DNA of 58,184 nucleotides. Origin: an uncultured Candidatus Saccharibacteria bacterium (lineage in GTDB: Bacteria > Patescibacteriota > Minisyncoccia > Phycocordibacterales > UBA9973). The stretch's first letter is position 1, and every line of letters starts with the position of its first letter. The position numbers and the translations under genes are program-made. Location of the stretch: contig CAYIEM010000002.1 in NCBI GenBank assembly GCA_964362545.1, positions 1-58,184 on the forward strand, in the 5' to 3' direction. Shown here piece after piece: positions 10,013-17,479 of the stretch. The notes under the pieces were generated by a model, which saw only the letters and a list, made by a program, of their open reading frames with translations, was not told the origin of the DNA and ran no database searches.

Positions 10013-10438
10013 CTACTCACATGAACTGGAAAGCTCATAACCAGCGGTTTCTACCTCTTCTTGAGTATTGAAGTAAATCCTGTTCTCTTGCTTGATAGTT
10101 TTTCCGCCTGAACAACCGATAGAATAATATTTACTTCCCCTATTCGAAGCAAAAAAACTTCCGGAACTTGTTTTCGGTAAATTTTGTGAAATATTTGAAT
10201 TGAGATTTGCGTCTAAAAAACCTCCGCTTATGGAGTCTATGACGTTGGCTCTCTGGTTCTCATATTCGATTCTTAGGCCTGAATTTTGATTTTTAGATAG
10301 TCTACCTAGCCCAAATGAGCCCAAACCAACCAAAATAACGATAATTACCACCAAAACATCCTTTCTCTTTTCGCTTTCCAAACATTGATTTATGAATGGC
10401 TTGATTTTTTCCATATAATTGTTTATACTATTAGGCAT
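10013..10438 (-). CDS. Membrane-anchored hypothetical protein with a C-terminal Cys-containing Ada-like/sunset-like motif
   Basis: N-terminal TM helix. C-terminal KYYSIGCSGGKTIKQENRIYFNTQEEVETAGYELSSSC fits Y-x3-C-x5-I-x3-N-x3-F-x-[ST]-x2-E-x3-AGY-x-C. Confidence 0.55.
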   Translation of the reverse strand: MPNSINNYMEKIKPFINQCLESEKRKDVLVVIIVILVGLGSFGLGRLSKNQNSGLRIEYENQRANVIDSISGGFLDANLNSNISQNLPKTSSGSFFASNRGSKYYSIGCSGGKTIKQENRIYFNTQEEVETAGYELSSSCE

Positions 10439-10496
10439 TAATTATATAAGAAAGTAATGAGTAAAGCGAGTTGCTTCACTCAAGAAAATCAATCAT

Positions 10497-10769
10497 ATGG
10501 CACATAGAAAGGCCGGAGGAACGGCCAAAAACTTAAGAGATTCGAACCCAAAATACCTAGGCATTAAGCTTTCCAGCGGCCAAAAGGCGCAATCTGGCTC
10601 TGTTATCGTCCGTCAACGCGGTACAGTCATTATGGCTGGCAATAATGTATCTATGGGCAAGGATCACACCCTTTTTGCTCTGAAGCCCGGTACGGTCAAA
10701 TTCGGCTCTCGCCGCAAGACCTCTTTCAACGGCAAAACCGTGGTCAAAAAGACAGTGAGCGTAAACTAA
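10497..10769 (+). CDS. rpmA: 50S ribosomal protein L27
   Basis: [24 protein letters not shown]...VRQRGT is the canonical L27 N-terminus. Confidence 0.93.
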   Translation: MAHRKAGGTAKNLRDSNPKYLGIKLSSGQKAQSGSVIVRQRGTVIMAGNNVSMGKDHTLFALKPGTVKFGSRRKTSFNGKTVVKKTVSVN

Positions 10770-10772
10770 TTT

Positions 10773-11216
10773 TTATTCTCTCTCAATAATAAGTTTAAAC
10801 GAAGATTTTTTGGTTCCAATTGCGATTGGGATTTCAAACTCCCCTACTTCTTTCACTTGTTTTTCTAGAACGATGAATTTCTCGCTGATCTGAACATGGC
10901 ATTCTTTATCTAGCGCTTCTACCAGCATTTTTTCATGAATTGCAGAGAACAAATGGCCTTTGTCGTCTGCTTTTGCCTTAATCGTGACAGTCTTATCCTT
11001 GACATCTTCCAAGTTTTTCTCCAATAAATCTTCTTGCACTTCCCTTTCGATTACGATTTCTTTTTTGAGTCTTTCTATGCCTGCAATAGCTTTAGGTGTA
11101 GCAAGAATTGCCCATTTTCTGGGAAACAAAAAATTTAGAACATATCCGTCGTTCAACTCTTTTATGTCATATTTTCTGCCCACTTTCGGCACATCTTGTA
11201 AAAATATTATTTTCAT
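10773..11216 (-). CDS. rplI: 50S ribosomal protein L9
   Basis: MKIIFLQDVPKVGRKYDIKELNDGYVLNFLFPRKWA is the canonical L9 N-domain. 147 aa. Confidence 0.9.
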   Translation of the reverse strand: MKIIFLQDVPKVGRKYDIKELNDGYVLNFLFPRKWAILATPKAIAGIERLKKEIVIEREVQEDLLEKNLEDVKDKTVTIKAKADDKGHLFSAIHEKMLVEALDKECHVQISEKFIVLEKQVKEVGEFEIPIAIGTKKSSFKLIIERE

Positions 11217-11230
11217 ATATTATTTCTTGT

Positions 11231-12454
11231 TTATTTTATAGGCCAATTATTTAATAACTCCACTGCTTTATCCAACTGAGTATCTTTTTTCGCTTCAACA
11301 TCTTTTTTTGTGTAAGGCACGACGTAATCAGGAATCAATCCCTTGTCGGATATGGATTTGCCGTTTGGAGTCAGCCATTTTGCTACTGTGATTTTTAGGA
11401 GAGTGTCCGGGGTTACTCTCATGACCTCTTGCACTGAACCCTTGCCATAGCTTTTTTCTCCTACCAGCAAGGCCTTTTTATAATCCTGCATTGCGCCAGC
11501 GAGTATCTCAGAACCTGAGGCTGATCCTTCATCTATCAAGATGACAAATTTTAATTTGTCATTAAGCATATTGTAACCTTGGCTTCTGTATATGGTAGGT
11601 TTTTTGTTGTTTCCGTAATCCTCTGTCACGACCACTTTGCCCTTTTCCAAAAACCAACTCGACATGTTGACGGCTGCGTCTAGATACCCTCCTGGATTGC
11701 CCCTCAAGTCAAGCAAGAGTTTGCTCGACTTAGACGCGGAAAATTTCTTCAGCGCACCGCGAAATAGTTTTACTGAATTAGCCGAAAAGCTGTAAAGTTT
11801 AATAACAAAAATACCATCTTTCCGGAGTTCTGTATCTAAGATAGGTATATTTATGGTTTCCCGTGTGATTTTTAATTCTTTTGGCGGTTCACCTTCGTCA
11901 TGCAGAATGGTCAGTATCACAATAGTACCCACTTCTCCTCTAATCAAGCTGACAGCTTTCTCTATAGTTAAATTGGCGGTAATGATATCATTTATTTTAA
12001 GAATTTTATCTCCAGGTTTTATATTGGCTTTATAAGCGGGAGTATCTTTGAGAGGGGCTATTACGGTGAGTATTTTGTTTTTTATGCCGACTTCCATGCC
12101 GACTCCGCCAAAGTTGCCTTGTATGTCGTCTTCCCAGAGTTTCGCTTCATCTGGTTTTAAGAAAACAGTATATGGATCATTCAATGAATCCACGAGTCCA
12201 GAGATAGCACCATAGACTTTTTCTTGGTCAGTTGTTTTATTGAGTGGATATTTTTCGTTAATACTATTCCATACTTTCCAGAAAGGAGAAAAATCAGCTT
12301 CTGCTGCGTCAGCAATATTTTTTTTGCCTAAAGTATTGACAACATCTTTTATGTCTGACCCTTTGTAGATACCCACAAAGACGCCTGAAGCAAAGAAAAG
12401 AACCACCAGAAGTGTTGTAAAAAAAACGCGCCTCATTTTAAAATATTCAAACAT
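11231..12454 (-). CDS. ctpA: S41 C-terminal processing peptidase with PDZ domain
   Basis: PDZ segment (PAYKANIKPGDKILKIND) and S41 core (LRGNPGGYLD, GSASGSEILAGA, KSYGKGSVQ). I use the ATG at 12454, which lies 5 nt after the upstream stop, rather than the track start at 12481. Confidence 0.85.
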   Translation of the reverse strand: MFEYFKMRRVFFTTLLVVLFFASGVFVGIYKGSDIKDVVNTLGKKNIADAAEADFSPFWKVWNSINEKYPLNKTTDQEKVYGAISGLVDSLNDPYTVFLKPDEAKLWEDDIQGNFGGVGMEVGIKNKILTVIAPLKDTPAYKANIKPGDKILKINDIITANLTIEKAVSLIRGEVGTIVILTILHDEGEPPKELKITRETINIPILDTELRKDGIFVIKLYSFSANSVKLFRGALKKFSASKSSKLLLDLRGNPGGYLDAAVNMSSWFLEKGKVVVTEDYGNNKKPTIYRSQGYNMLNDKLKFVILIDEGSASGSEILAGAMQDYKKALLVGEKSYGKGSVQEVMRVTPDTLLKITVAKWLTPNGKSISDKGLIPDYVVPYTKKDVEAKKDTQLDKAVELLNNWPIK

Positions 12455-12458
12455 ATTA

Positions 12459-12716
12459 CTAAATCTCTCCCCTACCCCCATTTATTTTTTCTTCAGTTTT
12501 TGTTTCGTCTTCTTCGAAAACATCATTCTCGGGAAAATCATGAGGAATCTCCTCCCCTTCTCCCTTTTTTGCATTCTTGTAGAGTACGAAACTAATAAGA
12601 ATAAAACCTATTCCAGTCAACGAAAAAAGTATGTTTTTAAGAAACAGTGGAAAACCCAAATATGGCAATATTGCTACCCAAACCCCTGAAATCAAAAGAA
12701 TTCTTGCTTCACGCAT
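12459..12716 (-). CDS. Small two-TM membrane protein with an acidic tail
   Basis: Trimmed from track ORF 12459..12863 to the Met of MREARILLISGVWVAILPYLGF. The longer version would overlap the upstream gene's 3' end. Confidence 0.45.
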   Translation of the reverse strand: MREARILLISGVWVAILPYLGFPLFLKNILFSLTGIGFILISFVLYKNAKKGEGEEIPHDFPENDVFEEDETKTEEKINGGRGEI

Positions 12717-12778
12717 GTATATATTATATTTCATGCACAGGCAAAAAGCAACACAAAAAAAACACCCCCTGATTAAGG

Positions 12779-15523
12779 TTAATAAAGTGTGGACACAAAT
12801 GGCGCGTTCGGATTTTTTGACCACGATATTAATATTGGCATTTCTATTGAAGCTTCCGGGCATTCAAGCTTATTGATCCATCTTTGAGTAGTTTGATAGA
12901 CAATTCCGGTTGGGTCCTTTATATTCCAAGGCGCAAGAATTTCATCGGCATATTTTTTCTGTAGCTCTTTTACCGCTCTAAATGTAAGCGGACCGTAAAA
13001 ACCCGTAATCGGGAGATTTGCATTCATATACTCGTTTAATAATTCCTGAAGTTTTTTTACTTGTTCCCTGTCATTTTCTATCCCCTGGCGCAAAAATTTT
13101 TCCAGAGATAAGCCACATGAAGCTCCAAGCACTTCTCCTTCGGCTGGAATTGCCGGAATTTCAATCTCCTCCTTAAAAATGGTTACTGAAGAGGTCGCGA
13201 TATTTGAATCAGCATTGGTTCCTAAGGCAGGGTCTTCTTGGTAACCTCCCCCGTATGCCAGAACCCAAGCGGAGTTGGTATAAATCCCCGGAGCGGCATT
13301 TTCTTTGAAGTTCATTGTGTACGTCATGGTTATCTCTTCGTTTGGAAATATCTCTCCGAGTTCCCAATTATTTTGCGTCACTACATTCCCTTCTTTATCT
13401 TTCAAAACATCATACAAAATCCCGGCAAAAGCGGAACCTCCTTTATTTTTTACCACAATAGTGTAATCCACCGCTTCAGATGCGGAAACAGGGCCAGCGG
13501 CAGAGTTCGTTTTAGTCACCTCTAGGGAAGGAACAGTTATTGTGTAAGTACTTGCCTTACCTGCTGATCTCCGCGAAGACTGCCTTAGAGCAACCAAAGA
13601 AACTAAATCAGAGTTGTCAACCGTATTCGCGTCGGTTTCATCTGCAGAGACTTCCAGTGTATGGTCAATAAAAGATCGGCCGGGCGGAATAAGGTCGCTC
13701 ACTCTTGCCCTATACGAGAATTCTTTTACTTCGCCGGGTAAAATACTTCCGATATTTTGGGAATACGATGCGCCGTAGTCCTCGTCTTCCAAACCGACAA
13801 GCGATGAATTTAAACTACCTTTAAATAAAACATTGCTGGCTTTAGCGTCACCGCGATTAGCTACCGTGGTATGGAATACCGCTTCCGAACCAATCCTCAA
13901 GATTTCCGGCCCTTCCACTTGAGTGCCTATCCACAAATCTGGCTGGCCGAAAGAAACATTTCCGCTCCAGTCTCCGAAAATATTAATCAGCGCCAGAACC
14001 CAATTGGAGCTTATAACATTGGTATTTGCGACATTCAGCACATTGGCTCCAGCGTAGGCATTTCCGGTTGAAACGGAGGCAGTTCCGCCCTCGCTCACTG
14101 CTTTATTTGCGCCAGTCAGAGCAAATACTTTTACATTATTGGCAATACTGGCAGTGTTTTCCGTTTTTATATCCGTTTCCCCCGATATGACCGTTCCGTT
14201 CACAGGGCTTGTTCCATCCGAAAAGAGTTCGACGCCCGACGGGGTTTCAATCCAGGATACGCCTTCCGGCGCATTGAAGACTGAGCCATTCCAGGAGCCA
14301 AATATTCTGAAAGCGACATAGAAGACGGAAGTGTTGGTAAGGTTAGTATTGACCGTGTTTAAAACATTGGCGTTAGAGAGGGCTTCTCCAGTTTCAACCA
14401 CACCCTCTCCTTCGGCGCTATTGCCTCCTGTGTCGGCCAAAACTTCCACATTGTTTTCTATGCTTGATTCGTTATTGTTTTCAAGCGTCATCTCCGACGT
14501 AGATCCGGTTCGAGAAAAGAAAGAAGTGAAAAACTCCGCATTAGGCAAAATAAGATCGCCGTTCCAATTCCCAAAATTGTTGAAAGCGAAGAGCAGGTAA
14601 TTTGAATCTATTATGTTGGTATTGGCGATGTTCATTAGATTCGTTCCTGCATAAGCGTTGCCGGTCAATATTAGAGAACCTGTGCCTCCTTCCGCGCTAT
14701 TATTCCCTGTTTCCGAACGGGTCAAAAGCACGTTTGAAATTGTGGCATTGTTTTTTATTTCTGTTTCCAGGGAGGTATTCAGAGCGTCGCAGTCTGGAGG
14801 GATGCATGGATTGTCGCTGTTCGCAGTCTCAGGAGAAGAAGCAAGAGGACGGAGATCGACGTGCCCCAGAGAACCAAGGAAGTTATTGAGAAGATATAAA
14901 AGACCGTTTGATTCTGCTAGGTTCAGGTTAACCACCGAGACGGCATTGGTACTGGCAAAAGCATCCCCGGTTCCAATTAAAGCCTTGCCTTCTTCGCTTA
15001 ACGCGCTGTTTTCTCCGGTTTCTGCTGCAGTTTCTGCCTCATTTTTCACTGTCGCTTCATTTTCAAGCAAAGTATCTGAACCCGGAGTATCTCCACTACC
15101 GAATTGTTCTTCAGTCGCCACTTCCTCTGTTTGTATTCCTGTCCCTTCGTTTGTTTGTACAGTTGACTCTAACGGAACTTCTTCTCCGCTACCTTCCGTT
15201 GGACTTTCCAGACCGTTCTCCGTAGAAATTTCTGAGCCAACAATATTTGTATTCGCTTCGTTTAGAATTTCGGTCTCGGCCGTGGCATTACCTGTATTAA
15301 CGACGGCATCGCCACCTCCTGAAACTTGTTCAGTCTGACTTTGGTTTATAGCGGGCGTGGCGGATTCTGTCGCAGATTCTTCCTGGGAAAGGTTTAGAGA
15401 CGTTTCTTCAGCTATAACCTGAAGAGGATAGACAGGCGACAGCGCTAAAGTCAAAACCAAAAATAGAGCCGCATAACGTTCTATAGTTTCTAAAATGTTT
15501 AATTTAAAATATTGATAAAACAT
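12779..15523 (-). CDS. 914-aa secreted surface protein: N-terminal TGxNxA repeat modules, CARDB/DUF11-like Ig domains, C-terminal peptidoglycan-binding (PG_binding_1-like) module
   Basis: Signal peptide. At least four modules of the form N-x-V-x-V-x-A-x-TG-x-N-x-A...TG-x-A-x-A-x-[AT]N-V-x-N-x-x-NTN. DUF11-like segment LEVTKTNSAAGPVSASEAVDYTIVVKNKGG. C-terminal VKKLQELLNEYMNANLPITGFYGPLTFRAVKELQ. Confidence 0.8.
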   Translation of the reverse strand: MFYQYFKLNILETIERYAALFLVLTLALSPVYPLQVIAEETSLNLSQEESATESATPAINQSQTEQVSGGGDAVVNTGNATAETEILNEANTNIVGSEISTENGLESPTEGSGEEVPLESTVQTNEGTGIQTEEVATEEQFGSGDTPGSDTLLENEATVKNEAETAAETGENSALSEEGKALIGTGDAFASTNAVSVVNLNLAESNGLLYLLNNFLGSLGHVDLRPLASSPETANSDNPCIPPDCDALNTSLETEIKNNATISNVLLTRSETGNNSAEGGTGSLILTGNAYAGTNLMNIANTNIIDSNYLLFAFNNFGNWNGDLILPNAEFFTSFFSRTGSTSEMTLENNNESSIENNVEVLADTGGNSAEGEGVVETGEALSNANVLNTVNTNLTNTSVFYVAFRIFGSWNGSVFNAPEGVSWIETPSGVELFSDGTSPVNGTVISGETDIKTENTASIANNVKVFALTGANKAVSEGGTASVSTGNAYAGANVLNVANTNVISSNWVLALINIFGDWSGNVSFGQPDLWIGTQVEGPEILRIGSEAVFHTTVANRGDAKASNVLFKGSLNSSLVGLEDEDYGASYSQNIGSILPGEVKEFSYRARVSDLIPPGRSFIDHTLEVSADETDANTVDNSDLVSLVALRQSSRRSAGKASTYTITVPSLEVTKTNSAAGPVSASEAVDYTIVVKNKGGSAFAGILYDVLKDKEGNVVTQNNWELGEIFPNEEITMTYTMNFKENAAPGIYTNSAWVLAYGGGYQEDPALGTNADSNIATSSVTIFKEEIEIPAIPAEGEVLGASCGLSLEKFLRQGIENDREQVKKLQELLNEYMNANLPITGFYGPLTFRAVKELQKKYADEILAPWNIKDPTGIVYQTTQRWINKLECPEASIEMPILISWSKNPNAPFVSTLY

Positions 15524-15890
15524 ATTTAAAAATTTTTCCTAAAAAGGCAATTACCACACCTCGTTTATTTTCCGGCTCCGTTTCTACTTTTTCTTCAACT
15601 GAAGTCAAAACATCAGAAACATTTACTTCAACCTTTTGCTTTATCACTGCATCTTCGCCTTTGGGTGCGATTTTTGTTTCCTCAATATCAGTTAGAACTT
15701 CCCCGTCAACTTTAGTGTAAATCTTTACCTCTGCTCTGCTTTCTCCTTCCACTACACTCCCGCCGCCAGCCGAGTTACCACCTGTAGAGGCTGAAGTGGA
15801 AATATTATTGACAATCTCCACAGCCGAAAGGGATGCAAAAGGGACAAGCATCGCAGTTACAAATAATATTTTTTCAATAAATTTTTTCAT
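15504..15890 (-). CDS. Small secreted protein with one TGxNxA module
   Basis: Signal peptide followed by IVNNISTSASTGGNSAGGGSVVEGESRAEVKIYTKV. Its 3' end overlaps the next gene by 20 nt. Confidence 0.6.
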   Translation of the reverse strand: MKKFIEKILFVTAMLVPFASLSAVEIVNNISTSASTGGNSAGGGSVVEGESRAEVKIYTKVDGEVLTDIEETKIAPKGEDAVIKQKVEVNVSDVLTSVEEKVETEPENKRGVVIAFLGKIFKYVLSIF

Positions 15891-15976
15891 TTCCCTCGAA
15901 CTCCCCGCCGTTTTTTAAAAACCGCGAGGCGCCCGAAGGTCCTCCGCTAATAAACGGAAGACACTTCGAAGAAGAA

Positions 15977-16648
15977 CTATCTTACGTAAGTTCTATTCAC
16001 ATTGACATTAGTTCTGACAACGGTTGTGGATGTGGCGCCACCGGTGCGAATTTCTCCACCGACATCACCATTACCCCCTGCGCCTCCGCCGTTCGCGTTA
16101 AGATCATTACCGTGTCCTCCGACAGAACCAGCGTTGCCGCCAGCGCCACCGCTAGATCCTTCGGCTATATTGCTTCCGGTTTCTGCTTCGGTTTCAACAT
16201 TGTTTTCAACTTGAGCTTCGTTTCTGCTTTTAACTTTCAAGTAGCGACCATTATACTCCTCATATTCGTTATATTCATACCCTTCACAACCGCATGAGTC
16301 TACTTTGGTCTTGTTATGGTTGACTCGGTTGGTAACCGTAGTCAAAGCTGAAGCATCGCCAGTCGTAATGAGACCTCCGGCTCCGCCGTTTCCTCCGGCT
16401 CCGCCTTGTGAATCATTCTCGTCATTCTTGGTTCCGCTGATGTCTCCGCCGTTTCCTCCGGCTCCGCCAGCGCTTCCGCCAGCTAGGTTCTCGCCAGTGT
16501 TAGCTTTGGTTTCAACCGTGTTTGAAACATGAGCAGAGTTGGAACTCCTAATCTCGACATCATCGCTCCAGAAAAAAGCTGAAGCTGACAATGGAGATGT
16601 TGATACAACAAATGTTAGAATTGCAAAAATTGCTATATACTTTTTCAT
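15977..16648 (-). CDS. Gly-rich secreted protein built from two TGxNxA modules with GGAGGNGG inserts
   Basis: Signal peptide, then two about 80-aa halves: VETKANTGENLAGGSAGGAGGNGG...TTGDASALTTVTNRVN and VETEAETGSNIAEGSSGGAGGNAG...RTGGATSTTVVRTNVN. Confidence 0.65.
   Translation of the reverse strand: MKKYIAIFAILTFVVSTSPLSASAFFWSDDVEIRSSNSAHVSNTVETKANTGENLAGGSAGGAGGNGGDISGTKNDENDSQGGAGGNGGAGGLITTGDASALTTVTNRVNHNKTKVDSCGCEGYEYNEYEEYNGRYLKVKSRNEAQVENNVETEAETGSNIAEGSSGGAGGNAGSVGGHGNDLNANGGGAGGNGDVGGEIRTGGATSTTVVRTNVNVNRTYVR
16381..16405. repeat. 25-nt perfect direct repeat, copy 1 (CTCCGCCGTTTCCTCCGGCTCCGCC)
   Basis: Identical to 16444..16468. The offset is 63 nt (in frame), inside the Gly-rich gene. 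Confidence 0.9.
16444..16468. repeat. 25-nt perfect direct repeat, copy 2
   Basis: Identical to 16381..16405. Confidence 0.9.
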
Positions 16649-16746
16649 TTTGTTTTTTGTTTAGTTAATTTGTAATAAGAATTTCTATTTTATCCCTTAA
16701 GGGCCAACAAAAGAAAAGTTCTTTTTTATCGACCGCTTGAATCCGC

Positions 16747-16800
16747 TTGGAATCCAAGAGACGAAAGACGTTCGTTCATCTTCCGTCTTTTGAATTCCAA
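16747..16800. other. Long imperfect hairpin (17-nt arms TTGGAATCCAAGAGACG / CGTCTTTTGAATTCCAA) with an alternative inner stem AAAGACG/CGTCTTT
   Basis: Read directly: two forward AGACG copies compete for one CGTCT. Confidence 0.5.
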
Positions 16801-16807
16801 CCAACAT

Positions 16808-16840
16808 AAAAAAGCAACGCGTAAAACGTGTTGCTTTTTT
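16808..16840. terminator. Bidirectional-looking terminator hairpin: A6-GCAACGCG-TAAAA-CGTGTTGC-T6
   Basis: 8-bp stem with one G-U pair on the + strand (A-C on the - strand), flanked by A-run and T-run. Confidence 0.55.
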
Positions 16841-17064
16841 CTATAAAACTCCTCTTTTGTGACGGGAAACGATTTCATCTGAAGTCGCGCCTTCTTTGGT
16901 TTCCCTTCAAAGAAAGCTTTTGCTATTACTTTGCTATGTAAACTACAATATACTCTCTTTCTTGGTTGTCAACTATGTTTTCCCCAAGTCCGACTAGTCC
17001 TCTATAAGAACCTGCCATTGCGATAAAACTTCTGAAAATGATATAATATCAATAAAGAAAAAAC

Positions 17065-17133
17065 TCCCGGGAGGGGCGCTAGATGGGAAACTAACCTATT
17101 TATAAGGTAAGTAATCTAACGTCCCTCTCGGGA
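17065..17133 (+). other. 20-bp-stem hairpin (17 WC + 2 G-U + 1 mismatch on the + strand) with a 29-nt loop, followed by ATTTTTG
   Basis: TCCCGGGAGGGGCGCTAGAT ... ATCTAACGTCCCTCTCGGGA. The G-U pairs exist only on the + strand, arguing for a + strand RNA, either a terminator or a small structured RNA. Confidence 0.45.
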
Positions 17134-17284
17134 ATTTTTGTATTTACTCTAAAAATTGGATAAATCTACAACAAGAACGCAAAAATTTTAATACTTTTTT
17201 AGTATTACACTTCTAACCTCATTTGTCAAGTCCGCGTTATGGTTCAATACCTTGGAATCACCCTAAGTGGTTTAAGGTATGGTC

Positions 17285-17401
17285 ATGGCATATACAACAA
17301 ATGAAAACGCGGGTAAGGTACGAATACAAGCAATTCGTATGATTCGAGACAGTAAAAGCACTCGAGAAGTAGCAAGATATCTGGGATACGCTCTTGCGTA
17401 A
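17285..17401 (+). pseudogene. 38-codon ORF resembling the N-terminal HTH of a DDE (rve-type) transposase; truncated remnant
   Basis: MAYTTNENAGKVRIQAIRMIRDSKSTREVARYLGYALA*. The K-V-R-x-x-A-[IV]-R-[ML]-x3-G/S-x-S-x-R-x-VAR-x-x-G pattern is like IS481/IS3-type transposase N-termini. It stops after the HTH and sits exactly at the GC shift. Confidence 0.4.
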
Positions 17402-17479
17402 AGATAAATTTAATGCATAATTGAAAATTAAGGAATAATTACACGCCGCCAGATTTAATAATCATTTAAATAATTTTTT

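Noticed and set aside
12717-12863. Extended 134-aa version of the small membrane protein ORF
   Set aside because: The extension (MPGSFNRNANINIVVKK...) overlaps the 3' end of the 914-aa gene and has no membrane or signal character. The ORF was trimmed to the Met at 12716.
14658-15338. 226-aa plus-strand ORF and neighbours inside the 914-aa surface-protein gene
   Set aside because: It is the antisense frame of a repetitive, compositionally biased gene, with no start context or motifs.
17065-17133. Interpretation of the 20-bp inverted repeat as a MITE
   Set aside because: It is only 69 nt overall, I could see no target-site duplication, and no second copy exists in the window. The G-U asymmetry fits an RNA hairpin better. 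It is kept as a structural observation only.
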